Origin: Ferruginibacter sp.
Lineage (GTDB): Bacteria; Bacteroidota; Bacteroidia; Chitinophagales; Chitinophagaceae
Assembly (NCBI GenBank): GCA_035438265.1
Contig: DAORIB010000002.1
Location: 3,895-67,894, forward strand
Reading direction: 5' to 3'
DNA: 64,000 nt
Positions 50,417-59,485 of the stretch are shown here, in pieces. The translations under genes were made by a program, and so were the position numbers. Position 1 is the first letter of the stretch; every line of letters begins with the position of its first letter. The notes under the pieces were generated by a model. That model made no database searches and had not been told where the DNA came from. It saw only the letters and a program-made list of their open reading frames with translations.

Positions 50417-50974
50417 TTATTCTCTTTTACCGGGAGGTGGGGGTGGTGGCCCCTCTCCTTCCGGTGGATGTATACCCGGGGGCGGCGGGCCCTGCCGCCG
50501 GGGCGGGGCCATACGCCGCAATGCATCCTGAATTATTTCGTCAAATCTTTTTTGTTGATCCGGGTTACACAAGGCACGCAGCTTCTGAAAATGATGAAAC
50601 GTAAATTCATCCAGTTGCTGATCGGCCGCAGCGGCCCTGCCGCTGTACACATGCATTTCCGAATCGGAAACACCGGGTTTCTTCAGCAGGTTAAACAGGT
50701 CTTCCTTTGCTTTTTTCTGAACACTGTCCCGTATCGACCGAATGCCCGCCTGGTGTTCATCCCGCAATTTCGTATAGGCTTCCTGTTGTGCTGCATCCAG
50801 TTTCAGTTCGTGTGTAAGGAATTCAAAAACCTGTCCCTGGGGTACAGGCATTTTTACTTCTTCTTTTTCTCCTGGCTTTTTATTCGTCCACAGCAAAGCC
50901 AGTGTAACAATATTGGCCGTAAGCAACAGCAGGGTGATCACAGACAGCCATCGGTTATTGGTAAAGTTGCTCAT
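50417..50974 (-). CDS. Spy/CpxP-like periplasmic protein (heavy-metal sensor type)
   Basis: N-terminal TM, ELKLDAAQQ, LCNPDQQKRFDEII, Pro-rich tail. Confidence 0.7.
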   Translation of the reverse strand: MSNFTNNRWLSVITLLLLTANIVTLALLWTNKKPGEKEEVKMPVPQGQVFEFLTHELKLDAAQQEAYTKLRDEHQAGIRSIRDSVQKKAKEDLFNLLKKPGVSDSEMHVYSGRAAAADQQLDEFTFHHFQKLRALCNPDQQKRFDEIIQDALRRMAPPRRQGPPPPGIHPPEGEGPPPPPPGKRE

Positions 50975-50983
50975 GGTGTTTGT

Positions 50984-51301
50984 TTATTCATATACTGTTA
51001 CTGAATTCATGTCATAGGCTTCAGCAAAACTTTCAATAGTGGCCGGTTTATTGGTTTGGTTGTACTGTCTGTTGCCTGAAGGCCTGTCCAGTTTCACCAG
51101 CGAAAACACATTTATGATCAATACCAGTGAAAGTGCTGCCGTGATAAATGCCGGCCTCAGTAAAAAGATTTTTTCTTTTACCGGTTCTGCTTCCCGCTGC
51201 ATTCTGCCCAGCAGGCGGGTGTAAAAGAAATCCGGTGCCACGGCTTTTTGCAGGCCGCCGAGGCTTTCCAGTATTTGTTCAGTTTTTTGTTCGTTTTGCA
51301 T
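50984..51301 (-). CDS. Small single-TM protein, probable anti-sigma factor
   Basis: APDFFYTRL, one TM helix, directly downstream of the ECF sigma gene. Confidence 0.6.
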   Translation of the reverse strand: MQNEQKTEQILESLGGLQKAVAPDFFYTRLLGRMQREAEPVKEKIFLLRPAFITAALSLVLIINVFSLVKLDRPSGNRQYNQTNKPATIESFAEAYDMNSVTVYE

Positions 51302-51324
51302 GATTAAATATTGCCTGTTACTGA

Positions 51325-51353
51325 TTAGATGCCGTTTTAAATAAAAACCTTCG
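51325..51353 (-). promoter_or_regulatory. Putative ECF sigma promoter, copy 2
   Basis: Minus strand CGAAGGTTTTT-N12-ATCTAA. Confidence 0.65.
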
Positions 51354-51355
51354 GT

Positions 51356-51919
51356 CTATGGCGGTAATTCATTGATTTTTTTCCGGAGAGCCTGTTTTGC
51401 ACGCTGCAGCAGGGAATCCACCGCTGATTCAGAGCTGTTTAGAATTTCAGCAATCTCCCGGTAACTCAGTTCTTCCACTTTATTTAAGATAAAAGCTGTA
51501 CGCTGGCTCTCCGGCAATTGATCGATCAATTTAAAAAGCAGGGCCGCCTCTTCTTTCTTTTCTTTTTGTACGCCTGGATGATTGAAGTCTTCCGGCTCGT
51601 ATACCGGTTTATTGTCATGGCCGAAGAGGCTGCTTAAAAGGCCCGATCTTTTTTTTCTTTTCCGGCTGCGCAGGTGGTCGAGTGATTTGGTTACGGTGAT
51701 GCGGTAGATCCAGGTAGATAGTAATGATTCGCCTTTGAACTGCTGAATGGACCGGTAAACCTGGATAAATACTTCCTGGGCTATGTCTTCTGCTTCGGTA
51801 TGGTGCTGGATAAGGCCGAGCGCTGTATTGAATACACGGTCCTGGAAAAGGGATACCAGTTCCTTAAATGCCAGTTCCTCCCCGTTCCGGAGGCCCGAAA
51901 GCAGCTCCTGCTCAGTCAA
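51356..51919 (-). CDS. ECF RNA polymerase sigma factor
   Basis: AEDIAQEVFI, STWIYRIT, LPESQRTAFIL, LSYREIAEIL, SLLQRAK; TTG start. Confidence 0.95.
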   Translation of the reverse strand: MTEQELLSGLRNGEELAFKELVSLFQDRVFNTALGLIQHHTEAEDIAQEVFIQVYRSIQQFKGESLLSTWIYRITVTKSLDHLRSRKRKKRSGLLSSLFGHDNKPVYEPEDFNHPGVQKEKKEEAALLFKLIDQLPESQRTAFILNKVEELSYREIAEILNSSESAVDSLLQRAKQALRKKINELPP

Positions 51920-51937
51920 AGGTGATGCGGTTTTAAG

Positions 51938-51966
51938 TTAGACGTAACAAAATACAAAAACCTTCG
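51938..51966 (-). promoter_or_regulatory. Putative ECF sigma promoter, copy 1 (autoregulatory)
   Basis: Minus strand CGAAGGTTTTT-N12-GTCTAA, same spacing as copy 2. Confidence 0.7.
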
Positions 51967-52044
51967 TTGGGGGCGGAAATTTATTGGAACGCATTACCAC
52001 ATAGGTACAGCGGAAACAGAGGTTTCAGATAGCTTATGGTAGTT

Positions 52045-53112
52045 TCATTGTTTAACAGAAGTATTGCCAAACGATTCCACGAATTGCCGGATGCGGTTCT
52101 CAAACGCATGGGCTTCATCAAATAAAAAAGCATGTTTAATCGGTATCACATAGACAGGAAAATCATTCAGCTCATTCACAAATTTCTCCAGCCGTACGGC
52201 ATCTTTCTCCGTGGTAAGAACGATTTTTTTATCGGCTTTCAGCCGTTCGAAATGTTGCTTGATGTCCCGCAGGTCGTTGCTGTGAAAGATATGATGATCG
52301 GCATAGCGCAGCATATCATAGGTGTGTACCGAATCGGTGAGGTGTTTTTTCAGTGGGGCCGGGTTGGCAATGCCGCAAACCAACAGTACCGCATGTTCAT
52401 GCGTAAGATCCATTTCCCGGCGGCTGAACAGATGATAGGGCCGGTCGTAAACAATCGTGGTGAAATAAACAGTTTGATTTCTGGTGGGATCAATTTCAAA
52501 CACGATCTCATTTTTTTCTGTTTCGGAAAGGTCAGCGGGGCATTTGGTGACAATGATGATATCGGCTCTTTTGCTGCTGCTGCGTACATCACGGAGATTA
52601 CCGGCCGGCAGCATCAGGTCTCTCGTATACAGATCAGCATATTCAGTGAGCATGATGTTGAGCCCCGCTTTTACCGACCGGTGCTGAAATGCATCATCCA
52701 GGATGATGACCTGCGTATCCGGCCGTTCGTGCAGCAACTGGGGTATGGCCACCAGGCGCTCCTCTCCCACGGCTACCACCAGGTCCGGAAATTTCTGGTG
52801 AAACTGCATGGGCTCATCGCCTATTTCCAGCGCTGTGGTGTTTTCTCCGGCAATGGCAAAGCCCGTTGTCTTTCTTTTATAACCACGGCTCAGTGTAGCT
52901 GTTTTAAAATCCTCCTTAAGAAATTTCACCAGGTACTCTGTCATCGGTGTTTTACCGGTACCTCCTGCTGCCAGGTTGCCTACACATATCAACGGGAAGT
53001 TGAAGGAGGCTGATTTTAAAATATCCTTATCAAACAACTTATTGCGCAGCCATACCACCGCTCCGTAAACAAGCGAAAAGGGAAAGAGAAGGTATCTGAA
53101 ACTGCGGAGCAC
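52045..53112 (-). CDS. lpxK: Tetraacyldisaccharide 4'-kinase
   Basis: VGNLAAGGTGKTP, LSRGYKR, GDEP, LDDAFQH, LPAGNLRD, TTEKD. Confidence 0.96.
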   Translation of the reverse strand: MLRSFRYLLFPFSLVYGAVVWLRNKLFDKDILKSASFNFPLICVGNLAAGGTGKTPMTEYLVKFLKEDFKTATLSRGYKRKTTGFAIAGENTTALEIGDEPMQFHQKFPDLVVAVGEERLVAIPQLLHERPDTQVIILDDAFQHRSVKAGLNIMLTEYADLYTRDLMLPAGNLRDVRSSSKRADIIIVTKCPADLSETEKNEIVFEIDPTRNQTVYFTTIVYDRPYHLFSRREMDLTHEHAVLLVCGIANPAPLKKHLTDSVHTYDMLRYADHHIFHSNDLRDIKQHFERLKADKKIVLTTEKDAVRLEKFVNELNDFPVYVIPIKHAFLFDEAHAFENRIRQFVESFGNTSVKQ

Positions 53113-53192
53113 TGCTGAGGGTTTAAAAAGTTTTAAGGTTCATGACATATGGAGCATGGTTTGCAGTCAGCAATTTTGAATTCGTCCAGCTA

Positions 53193-53227
53193 TCAACCAT
53201 GAACCATTAACTACAAACTATGAACCG
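53193..53227. repeat. Heptanucleotide tandem repeat overlapping the rsmD stop
   Basis: TCAACCA TGAACCA TTAACTA CAAACTA TGAACCG. Confidence 0.7.
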
Positions 53228-53760
53228 TTTATAAAGATAGAAAAGATCGTGGTGCCGTAATTGCGTTCGGTTTTATAATGCGGAAATTTTTTGTACTCAT
53301 TCCGGGGAGTGTGTTCCAGCACAAACCATCCCCCGGGTTTTAATAAATTCTTTTCGAATACTTTTTTGGGAAGCTCATCAATGCTGGTAAGCGCATACGG
53401 CGGACCGGCAAAGATAAAATCGTATTGCTGCCCGGTGGTTTCCATAAACCGGAATACGTCCGACTTCACTACCGTAAAATGTTCAAACCCCAGTTCTGCC
53501 GATGTTTTCTTAATAAAGGCATGCATCTTATCGTCCTTTTCCACGATAGTGATGGCAGGTGCTCCCCGGCTGGCCAGTTCATAACTGATGCAGCCGGTAC
53601 CGCCAAACAGGTCAAGTACTTCGAGGGTATCGATGTCCAGGTTGTTCTGGAGAATATTGAACAATCCTTCTTTGGCAATATCGGTGGTGGGGCGGGTATG
53701 CGGCATGCTTGCCGGCGGGTTGATCCTTCTGCCGCCATGTGTACCACTGATTATACGCAT
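53218..53760 (-). CDS. rsmD: 16S rRNA m2G966 methyltransferase
   Basis: MRIISG, RPTTD, LDLFGGTG, FAGPPY, NYGTT. Confidence 0.92.
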   Translation of the reverse strand: MRIISGTHGGRRINPPASMPHTRPTTDIAKEGLFNILQNNLDIDTLEVLDLFGGTGCISYELASRGAPAITIVEKDDKMHAFIKKTSAELGFEHFTVVKSDVFRFMETTGQQYDFIFAGPPYALTSIDELPKKVFEKNLLKPGGWFVLEHTPRNEYKKFPHYKTERNYGTTIFSIFINGS

Positions 53761-54599
53761 ATGGCCTGGTAAAATAAATGACTGAAAAAATGCGGGGGCT
53801 GGTTCTTTAATTCCTCTGCCACGCTGAAATGAGCGGGAATGGTATCAAATTCGATGTGCACGAAATATTTGTAGATGGTCATATACAGGTTCGATTTCTT
53901 ATCCACCAGCCCGCTCAGGCATAGCCGTACACGGGATGGGTCTGTATCAAAAGCACGACAGGTATCCAGCAAATGATATACGATGTCTTCCGGTGTATTG
54001 AACAGGAAATTCTGGATGGCCTTCAGGTTACCGTCGCTGCAAAGCATGATGGTGAAACTGCCGGTATAAAACAATACGAACAGTTCTTCCCCTTCTTTCA
54101 CCATACGGCCGGGCAGTAAGGAATACTGGTGGCTCTGTGGCACTGATGGCAGGATCGTATCAAAAAGGGACCCGGTATTTTCCGGTACCCGGTACACATT
54201 GTGCAGGTTGTGGCGGTACAAAAAATCGTGGTGAAGTACCGGCCGGCAGGCATCGCCGAATACCAGGTCAAGCATGGCGTCGCTGTTCTCTTTTTCAAAA
54301 AAAGCCGGTGGCACCAGGATGCTCTCGGGGAACGACCAGATGATGTGTGTTTCTTTGTATTTCTTCTTCAGCAATGGTTCGGTATTCAGGATCTCCTCCA
54401 ATTCTTCGTTCACCTCTGCACGGGTAAGTTTGTTGGGAAAAGCATATATCACCACGGCCTGGAAACAATCGCCTGTATTAAGAATGATGAATGAAATACC
54501 CATGGGTCCGGCTTCGATCACCAGTTTGGCCGACTCGGTATAGATCTTCGGCGCCTGTATATTAAAAGATGGATTCACTTTTTGCGTTTGGGGTGGCAA
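53751..54599 (-). CDS. DUF3822-family protein
   Basis: Directly upstream of rsmD (overlapping); DIVYHLL, LSGLVDK, HFFSHL; start may be GTG at 54578. Confidence 0.65.
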   Translation of the reverse strand: MPPQTQKVNPSFNIQAPKIYTESAKLVIEAGPMGISFIILNTGDCFQAVVIYAFPNKLTRAEVNEELEEILNTEPLLKKKYKETHIIWSFPESILVPPAFFEKENSDAMLDLVFGDACRPVLHHDFLYRHNLHNVYRVPENTGSLFDTILPSVPQSHQYSLLPGRMVKEGEELFVLFYTGSFTIMLCSDGNLKAIQNFLFNTPEDIVYHLLDTCRAFDTDPSRVRLCLSGLVDKKSNLYMTIYKYFVHIEFDTIPAHFSVAEELKNQPPHFFSHLFYQAICV

Positions 54600-54622
54600 A
54601 ATAAGATAATTTTGGTGACTTT

Positions 54623-55978
54623 ATGGAAAGTACAGCAACGCCCCGTGACCTGAAAGTAAAGGTTACCAATAAACAGATACTGTCCATTGCTTTACCCATC
54701 ACACTGGCCATACTCATTCCCCAGGTGAACATGCTTACCAACAGCATCTTCCTCGGAAACCTGAGTACCGAAGCATTGGGAAACGCCGGCATCACCGGTG
54801 TGTTTTACCTGATATTTGCCGTAGCAGGCAATGGGCTCAACAATGCCCTGCAGGCCGTGTTTGCCCGCTATGCCGGAAGCGACAACAGCGAGGCATTTAA
54901 AATCATACTGGCACAAGGCATCCGCATCTGCCTGCAGTTTGCACTGGCCGGGATCCTGTTTACCTGGTTCATGGCACCCTTTATTATGCAACAGGTGGCC
55001 GACCCCAAAGCCTACCCGATCGAGATGGAGTTTCTTAAAATCCGTATACTGGGCCTTCCTTTTCTTTTTTTATTCCAGATGGGGAATGCCTTCCTCGTAG
55101 CATCGCTCAACAGCCGTTATCTCATGATCGGTTTCATTTGCGAAGCCGGCATTAATATCCTCCTGGATTTTTTACTCATCAAAGGACGGTTCGGCTTCCC
55201 TGCACTGGGATTCAACGGCGCCGCTGTTGCTTCGGTAATATCCGAAATCATCGGGATGATTGTAGTGCTGATCGTTTTATTCCGCACCGGGCTCAAAGAA
55301 CAATACCAGCTGCTGGTGAACTGGACCTATGATAAAAAAATTACCAAACAGGTATTAACCATCTCGGCGCCGCTGATGCTCCAGTATGTGATCAGCGTTA
55401 CCACCTGGCTGGTTTTTTTCATCCTCATTGAAGGATTGCATGATGAAACGGCCAAGGCCATCAGCAATACCATGCGGAATGTATTCGGACTAACCGGCGT
55501 ATTCGTGTGGGCATTTGCCAGTACCACCAATGTGATGGTGAGCAACCTGATGGGACAAAAACGGGAAGAGAAAGTGCTGGAAGCCATCACCCGTATCATG
55601 ATCCTGAGCATCAGCTTTTGTACAGTCATGTGCCTGATCGTGAATGTATTTCCACAGGCATTCTTCGGGTTATTCGGTCAGAACGATGATTTTGTGCAAC
55701 AGGGAATACCAGTACTGCGGGTGGTAAGCGTTGGCCTGCTGTTCATGAGCATTGCCAACATATGGCTCAACGGGGTAACCGGCACCGCAAAAACAAAAGT
55801 GAACCTGGCGATTGAAATCGTTGCTATTGTGGTTTACCTGGTATATACCTGGTATTTTATTAAGATGAATTATATTTCGCTGGCCATGGCCTGGAGCAAT
55901 GAACTGGTATACTGGTCGGGGATTTTCATTCTCTCATTCCTGTACCTGCGGAGTGGCCGCTGGAAAACAGGCCGGTAA
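54623..55978 (+). CDS. MATE family efflux transporter
   Basis: About 12 TM helices, IALPI, NILLD...LIKGRFGFPALGFNGAAVAS, VSNLMG. Confidence 0.9.
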   Translation: MESTATPRDLKVKVTNKQILSIALPITLAILIPQVNMLTNSIFLGNLSTEALGNAGITGVFYLIFAVAGNGLNNALQAVFARYAGSDNSEAFKIILAQGIRICLQFALAGILFTWFMAPFIMQQVADPKAYPIEMEFLKIRILGLPFLFLFQMGNAFLVASLNSRYLMIGFICEAGINILLDFLLIKGRFGFPALGFNGAAVASVISEIIGMIVVLIVLFRTGLKEQYQLLVNWTYDKKITKQVLTISAPLMLQYVISVTTWLVFFILIEGLHDETAKAISNTMRNVFGLTGVFVWAFASTTNVMVSNLMGQKREEKVLEAITRIMILSISFCTVMCLIVNVFPQAFFGLFGQNDDFVQQGIPVLRVVSVGLLFMSIANIWLNGVTGTAKTKVNLAIEIVAIVVYLVYTWYFIKMNYISLAMAWSNELVYWSGIFILSFLYLRSGRWKTGR

Positions 55979-56000
55979 ACTGCATGGTTAAAGCAGCCTG

Positions 56001-56399
56001 TTACTTTTTCCCTGGTTTAGCCTTTGCCTTCTTCATTTTTTCTTTTTCCAGGTTCTCCTTTACCCTGGCCTTTACGATCCGGGTGATCAGTGATGCCGGC
56101 AATGGGTTTTCTACTGTAAACTGGATGGTACCAGTGGATGTTTTATACCCCTTCAGCTCGTCTTTCAGTGAACGGATCAGTGATGAACTGCCCGGGAAAA
56201 AACTGGCGTGATTTTTAAAAGCCGCAAAATAAACCAGCATCCCATGATACCGGAATGCGGGCATGCCATAACTGATCATTTCTTCTGCCTGCGGCGCCGC
56301 CCTGCGGATGGTTTTACGCATCTTTTCCAGCAAGGGCCTGAGTTTTTGCGGAACAAGCGCCATATAGCTGTCGATGTCGGTGATCCGTATATCCTGCAT
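56001..56399 (-). CDS. DUF1801 (YdhG-like) protein
   Basis: IDSYM, EEMISYGMPAF, YFAAFKNH, GTIQF. Confidence 0.85.
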   Translation of the reverse strand: MQDIRITDIDSYMALVPQKLRPLLEKMRKTIRRAAPQAEEMISYGMPAFRYHGMLVYFAAFKNHASFFPGSSSLIRSLKDELKGYKTSTGTIQFTVENPLPASLITRIVKARVKENLEKEKMKKAKAKPGKK

Positions 56400-56401
56400 G
56401 T

Positions 56402-56815
56402 TTATTTATGTTGATGATAATGTAACAACCAATGTACCCCGTACTTATCGGTAAGCCCACCGAACAATGCACCCCAGAAATTAATTTCCAGCGGATACGT
56501 GGCTTTCCCGCCACGGGATAGTTTTTCATAGGTGGCGTGGATCTCTTTTTTAGTACTGAACCGGAGCATCAGCGAAACGGCATTACCCCGCATCAGCCCA
56601 TCATTGCTCACCAGGTCGGAACCCAGCAGCTGAAACCCTTTTTTAGTGAGTGTGGCATGCAGGATTGATTCTTTCATCCTTTCGGGCATTTTCTCCGACA
56701 TCGCCGATTCACCAACCGTTTGAAATTCGAGTTTACCGCCCAAGCAATCCCGGTAAAAGGTCATGGCCTCCCGGCAGTTTCCATCAAAGCTGAGGTAACT
56801 GGTGATGCCCTTCAT
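56402..56815 (-). CDS. VOC family (PhnB-like) protein
   Basis: YLSFDGNCREAMTFY, ILHATL, FWGALFGGLTDKYGVHW. Confidence 0.9.
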   Translation of the reverse strand: MKGITSYLSFDGNCREAMTFYRDCLGGKLEFQTVGESAMSEKMPERMKESILHATLTKKGFQLLGSDLVSNDGLMRGNAVSLMLRFSTKKEIHATYEKLSRGGKATYPLEINFWGALFGGLTDKYGVHWLLHYHQHK

Positions 56816-57240
56816 CGTTCGGCAATTTCTTTTACTTTATTCATGGCTTTTGGAAAGGTATCATTGAAATACTGCTGAAAGTCTTCGGTACTTTGCAGTT
56901 CGGTATAAAGCAGGGTGCCCCCATCGCGGTCGGAAAGAAAATAACTTTCGGTGGATCCGGCCCAATCGGTGCCGGGGACGTCTTCGCCGTTTTTTATTTC
57001 ACCTGCATGTTTGAATACCATGGTATCATTCAGCACTTTTTTATCGATGCTGGCAAATATGCCATTGCCCGACGGATTCAGGAAATCGATGCGGCTTCCT
57101 TCCTGCCAGTCGCTTTTTGCATAAGAGCCCTTGGTGAAAACCGATGTCCATTCCCGGTACGATTGATCGTCCCATAAAGCGGCCCATACCTTTTCACGGG
57201 GCGCATTGATCTCGATATTAAATTTGAGTGTGACCATCAT
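56812..57240 (-). CDS. SRPBCC-domain protein
   Basis: INAPREKVWAALWD, WQEGSRI, FPKAMNKVKE. Confidence 0.85.
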   Translation of the reverse strand: MMVTLKFNIEINAPREKVWAALWDDQSYREWTSVFTKGSYAKSDWQEGSRIDFLNPSGNGIFASIDKKVLNDTMVFKHAGEIKNGEDVPGTDWAGSTESYFLSDRDGGTLLYTELQSTEDFQQYFNDTFPKAMNKVKEIAER

Positions 57241-57534
57241 TTATGTTTTAAATGTTAAGCCTTGTCTTGCCAGTGCCTCTTTAAGTTTGGGGATCGACGT
57301 CTTTCCCATTCCGTGCAGGGCCATTATTTCTCTTTCGGTGAACCGCGATAATTGTTTTTCTGTTTTTATCCCTTTTCCCTCCAGTGCCCGTCTTGCCGGT
57401 GCCGCCAACCCGGAAAGAAATCCTTCTGTTGGTTTGCGTTGCTGTTCGCAAACCGGGCAGGTTAAACAATCGCTGCTCTTATAATAGTGATGCCCCTGGC
57501 TGCATATCCGTATCGTTGCTTTCTTACCGGGCAT
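57241..57534 (-). CDS. RNA polymerase alpha-CTD-like (HhH) small protein with Cys/His-rich N-terminus
   Basis: CSQGHHYYKSSDCLTCPVC, LAAPARRAL, LHGMGKTSIPKL. Confidence 0.75.
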   Translation of the reverse strand: MPGKKATIRICSQGHHYYKSSDCLTCPVCEQQRKPTEGFLSGLAAPARRALEGKGIKTEKQLSRFTEREIMALHGMGKTSIPKLKEALARQGLTFKT

Positions 57535-57542
57535 GATACTCT

Positions 57543-58382
57543 TTACGCATTTTCCAGGTCGGCGATGATGAACTTTTTCATTTTCATAAATGCCTGCATC
57601 ACCCGCTGCGACCGTGCCGGGTCACTCATCAGTCTGCCCAATACGGCCGGTACAATCTGCCAGGACACACCGAACTTATCTTTCAGCCAGCCGCACTGGC
57701 TTTCGGCGCCTCCTTCGGTGAGTTTGTTCCAGCAATAATCAATTTCATCCTGTGTATCGCATTCCACCACCAGCGACACAGCTTCATTGAACACATAATC
57801 ATGCCCGCCCGGACCATCCATCGCAATAAATTCATAGCCATCCAGTGCAAATTCGGAATACATCAGCATGCCGGCATGTGCTTTATCTTCGGCCGGGTAT
57901 CGTTCCATCCTGGTGACAGTTGAATTTTTAAATACCGACGAATAAAAACGAATCGCCTCTTCTGCCCTTCCAAGCAGTGCATGCGTGAAAAGCATCGAAG
58001 CTGTGATGCTTTGCCTGGTTCCTTCCTGGTAATGCAGCATCACCTGCCAGGTAACGCCGTATTTATCCTTTATCCAGCCATACCGCTCGCTCCAGGGATA
58101 TTTGTCCAATGGCATTAATGCCATTCCTCCTTCAGAAAGCTTATTCCATACTTCGTTGGTTTGTGTGATGGACTCGCATTTAACAAAGAACGAGATGGAA
58201 GGATTTACTTTGAACATGGGCCCGCCGTTAAGTCCCATGATTTTTTTACCGCAAAGATGGAAATTCACCACCATGGGTGTGTTGATGGTAATTTGTGAAT
58301 CCTGGAAAATACCGCAGTAAAAGGCAGCGGCTTCCTGTGCCTGGCCATCAAACCAGATGCAGGGGTGAATTTGTTTGATCAT
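57543..58382 (-). CDS. Tandem-domain VOC (PhnB/3-dmu-9 methyltransferase-like) protein
   Basis: PCIWFDGQAQEAAAFY, LNGGP, KDKYGVTWQ, FNEAVSL, CGWLKDKFGVSWQ. Confidence 0.9.
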   Translation of the reverse strand: MIKQIHPCIWFDGQAQEAAAFYCGIFQDSQITINTPMVVNFHLCGKKIMGLNGGPMFKVNPSISFFVKCESITQTNEVWNKLSEGGMALMPLDKYPWSERYGWIKDKYGVTWQVMLHYQEGTRQSITASMLFTHALLGRAEEAIRFYSSVFKNSTVTRMERYPAEDKAHAGMLMYSEFALDGYEFIAMDGPGGHDYVFNEAVSLVVECDTQDEIDYCWNKLTEGGAESQCGWLKDKFGVSWQIVPAVLGRLMSDPARSQRVMQAFMKMKKFIIADLENA

Positions 58383-58431
58383 ACTGAAAGAGTTTAACTT
58401 ATTCTTGTTGTTGGCAAATATTTATGCAGAA

Positions 58432-58878
58432 CTACGCATCCGGTATCTCGGGTTCTACCAGTTTAATAAGTTTTTCCAGTGATTCCTGCCATCCCAGGTA
58501 GCACATCTCGGGCGGAATAACAGCGGGAATACCCTCCTGGGTAATTTTTAGCTCCGTTCCACATGATACTTTTGTCAGCCAGATTGAAGTAGTCATTTCA
58601 CCGGGTAATCCGGGATCATCAAACTTGTCCGTATGCCTGATAAATTCATTTACCCTGATCTCAAGAAATTCGCCTCCGAAAGAATGGCTGTTACCAGTTG
58701 AAAAATTGGTAAAAGACATTTTATAGCTTCCTCCTGTCCTTGCGTCGAAATGCTGAACAGTACATAAGAATCCATAAGGCGGGATCCAGTAAGAAAGCGC
58801 AGCTGGTTCGGTAAAGGCTCGATAGATTTTTTCGGGATTTGTCTTGATAACCCGGTGAAGTGTTACACTATTTGACAT
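58432..58878 (-). CDS. SRPBCC (AHSA1-like) protein
   Basis: LHRVI, PEKIYRAF, GGSYKMSF, YLGWQESLEKL. Confidence 0.88.
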   Translation of the reverse strand: MSNSVTLHRVIKTNPEKIYRAFTEPAALSYWIPPYGFLCTVQHFDARTGGSYKMSFTNFSTGNSHSFGGEFLEIRVNEFIRHTDKFDDPGLPGEMTTSIWLTKVSCGTELKITQEGIPAVIPPEMCYLGWQESLEKLIKLVEPEIPDA

Positions 58879-58935
58879 ATTTAACTGGTTTTACTTTCAA
58901 AATTCAGATGGACTGTTTACCGGTACGGTCAATAA

Positions 58936-59361
58936 TTATATTGATTCCGTATACTTTTTAAAGTTATCGAGTATGGCCTGCCAACCGGCACGCTGCATTT
59001 CAACAGGGTTTTCTGTTTCGGCCTCAAATGTCTCCACGATGTGCACCTGGTTGCCGGTGGTTTTGAATTCAATGGTTACCTTTCTTCCATCGCCTATGGT
59101 GTATTCAATATATTCATTGGGCCTTACTTCATCATATATACCGCCGAAGTCGAAGCCAAAACTTCCGTCCTTTGCTTCCATGCGGTAAAGAAATTTTCCG
59201 CCGGTACGGATATCGTTTTCTGCACGGGGTGTATGCCAGTCGGGATGCGCCGTACCCCACACAATAATATCTTCGGGCGTATTCCATACCTTCCATACTT
59301 TTTCGGGAGAAGCATTCACGGTTGTTTCAATGGTGATGGTTTTTTTTTCAGTAGTTGTCAT
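58936..59361 (-). CDS. SRPBCC (AHSA1-like) protein
   Basis: Start MTTTEK at 59361; PEKVWKVW, DGSFGFDF, QRAGWQAILDNFKKY. Confidence 0.88.
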   Translation of the reverse strand: MTTTEKKTITIETTVNASPEKVWKVWNTPEDIIVWGTAHPDWHTPRAENDIRTGGKFLYRMEAKDGSFGFDFGGIYDEVRPNEYIEYTIGDGRKVTIEFKTTGNQVHIVETFEAETENPVEMQRAGWQAILDNFKKYTESI

Positions 59362-59399
59362 GTCTATATTTTTTACGTGAGTAGTGTCGTTTACCGATA

Positions 59400-59468
59400 C
59401 AAACATACGGCAGGTATTTGTATCCTGTACTGTACAAAAACGACAAATGAGGGGCCATTTGCGACAAA
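59400..59468 (-). promoter_or_regulatory. Promoter of the SRPBCC/VOC operon with 21-bp-period direct repeat (putative AraC sites)
   Basis: Minus-strand TATGTTTG at 59407-59400; CGACAAA at 59441-59447 and 59462-59468. Confidence 0.6.
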
Positions 59469-59477
59469 CTATTTCCC

Positions 59478-59485
59478 TACCTTTA
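59478..59485 (+). promoter_or_regulatory. -7-like element of the AraC gene
   Basis: TACCTTTA, 4 nt before the ATG at 59490. Confidence 0.5.

Noticed and set aside
50420-50515. G-rich tract suggesting a G-quadruplex or repeat element
   Set aside because: Explained by the proline-rich C-terminal tail encoded on the minus strand.
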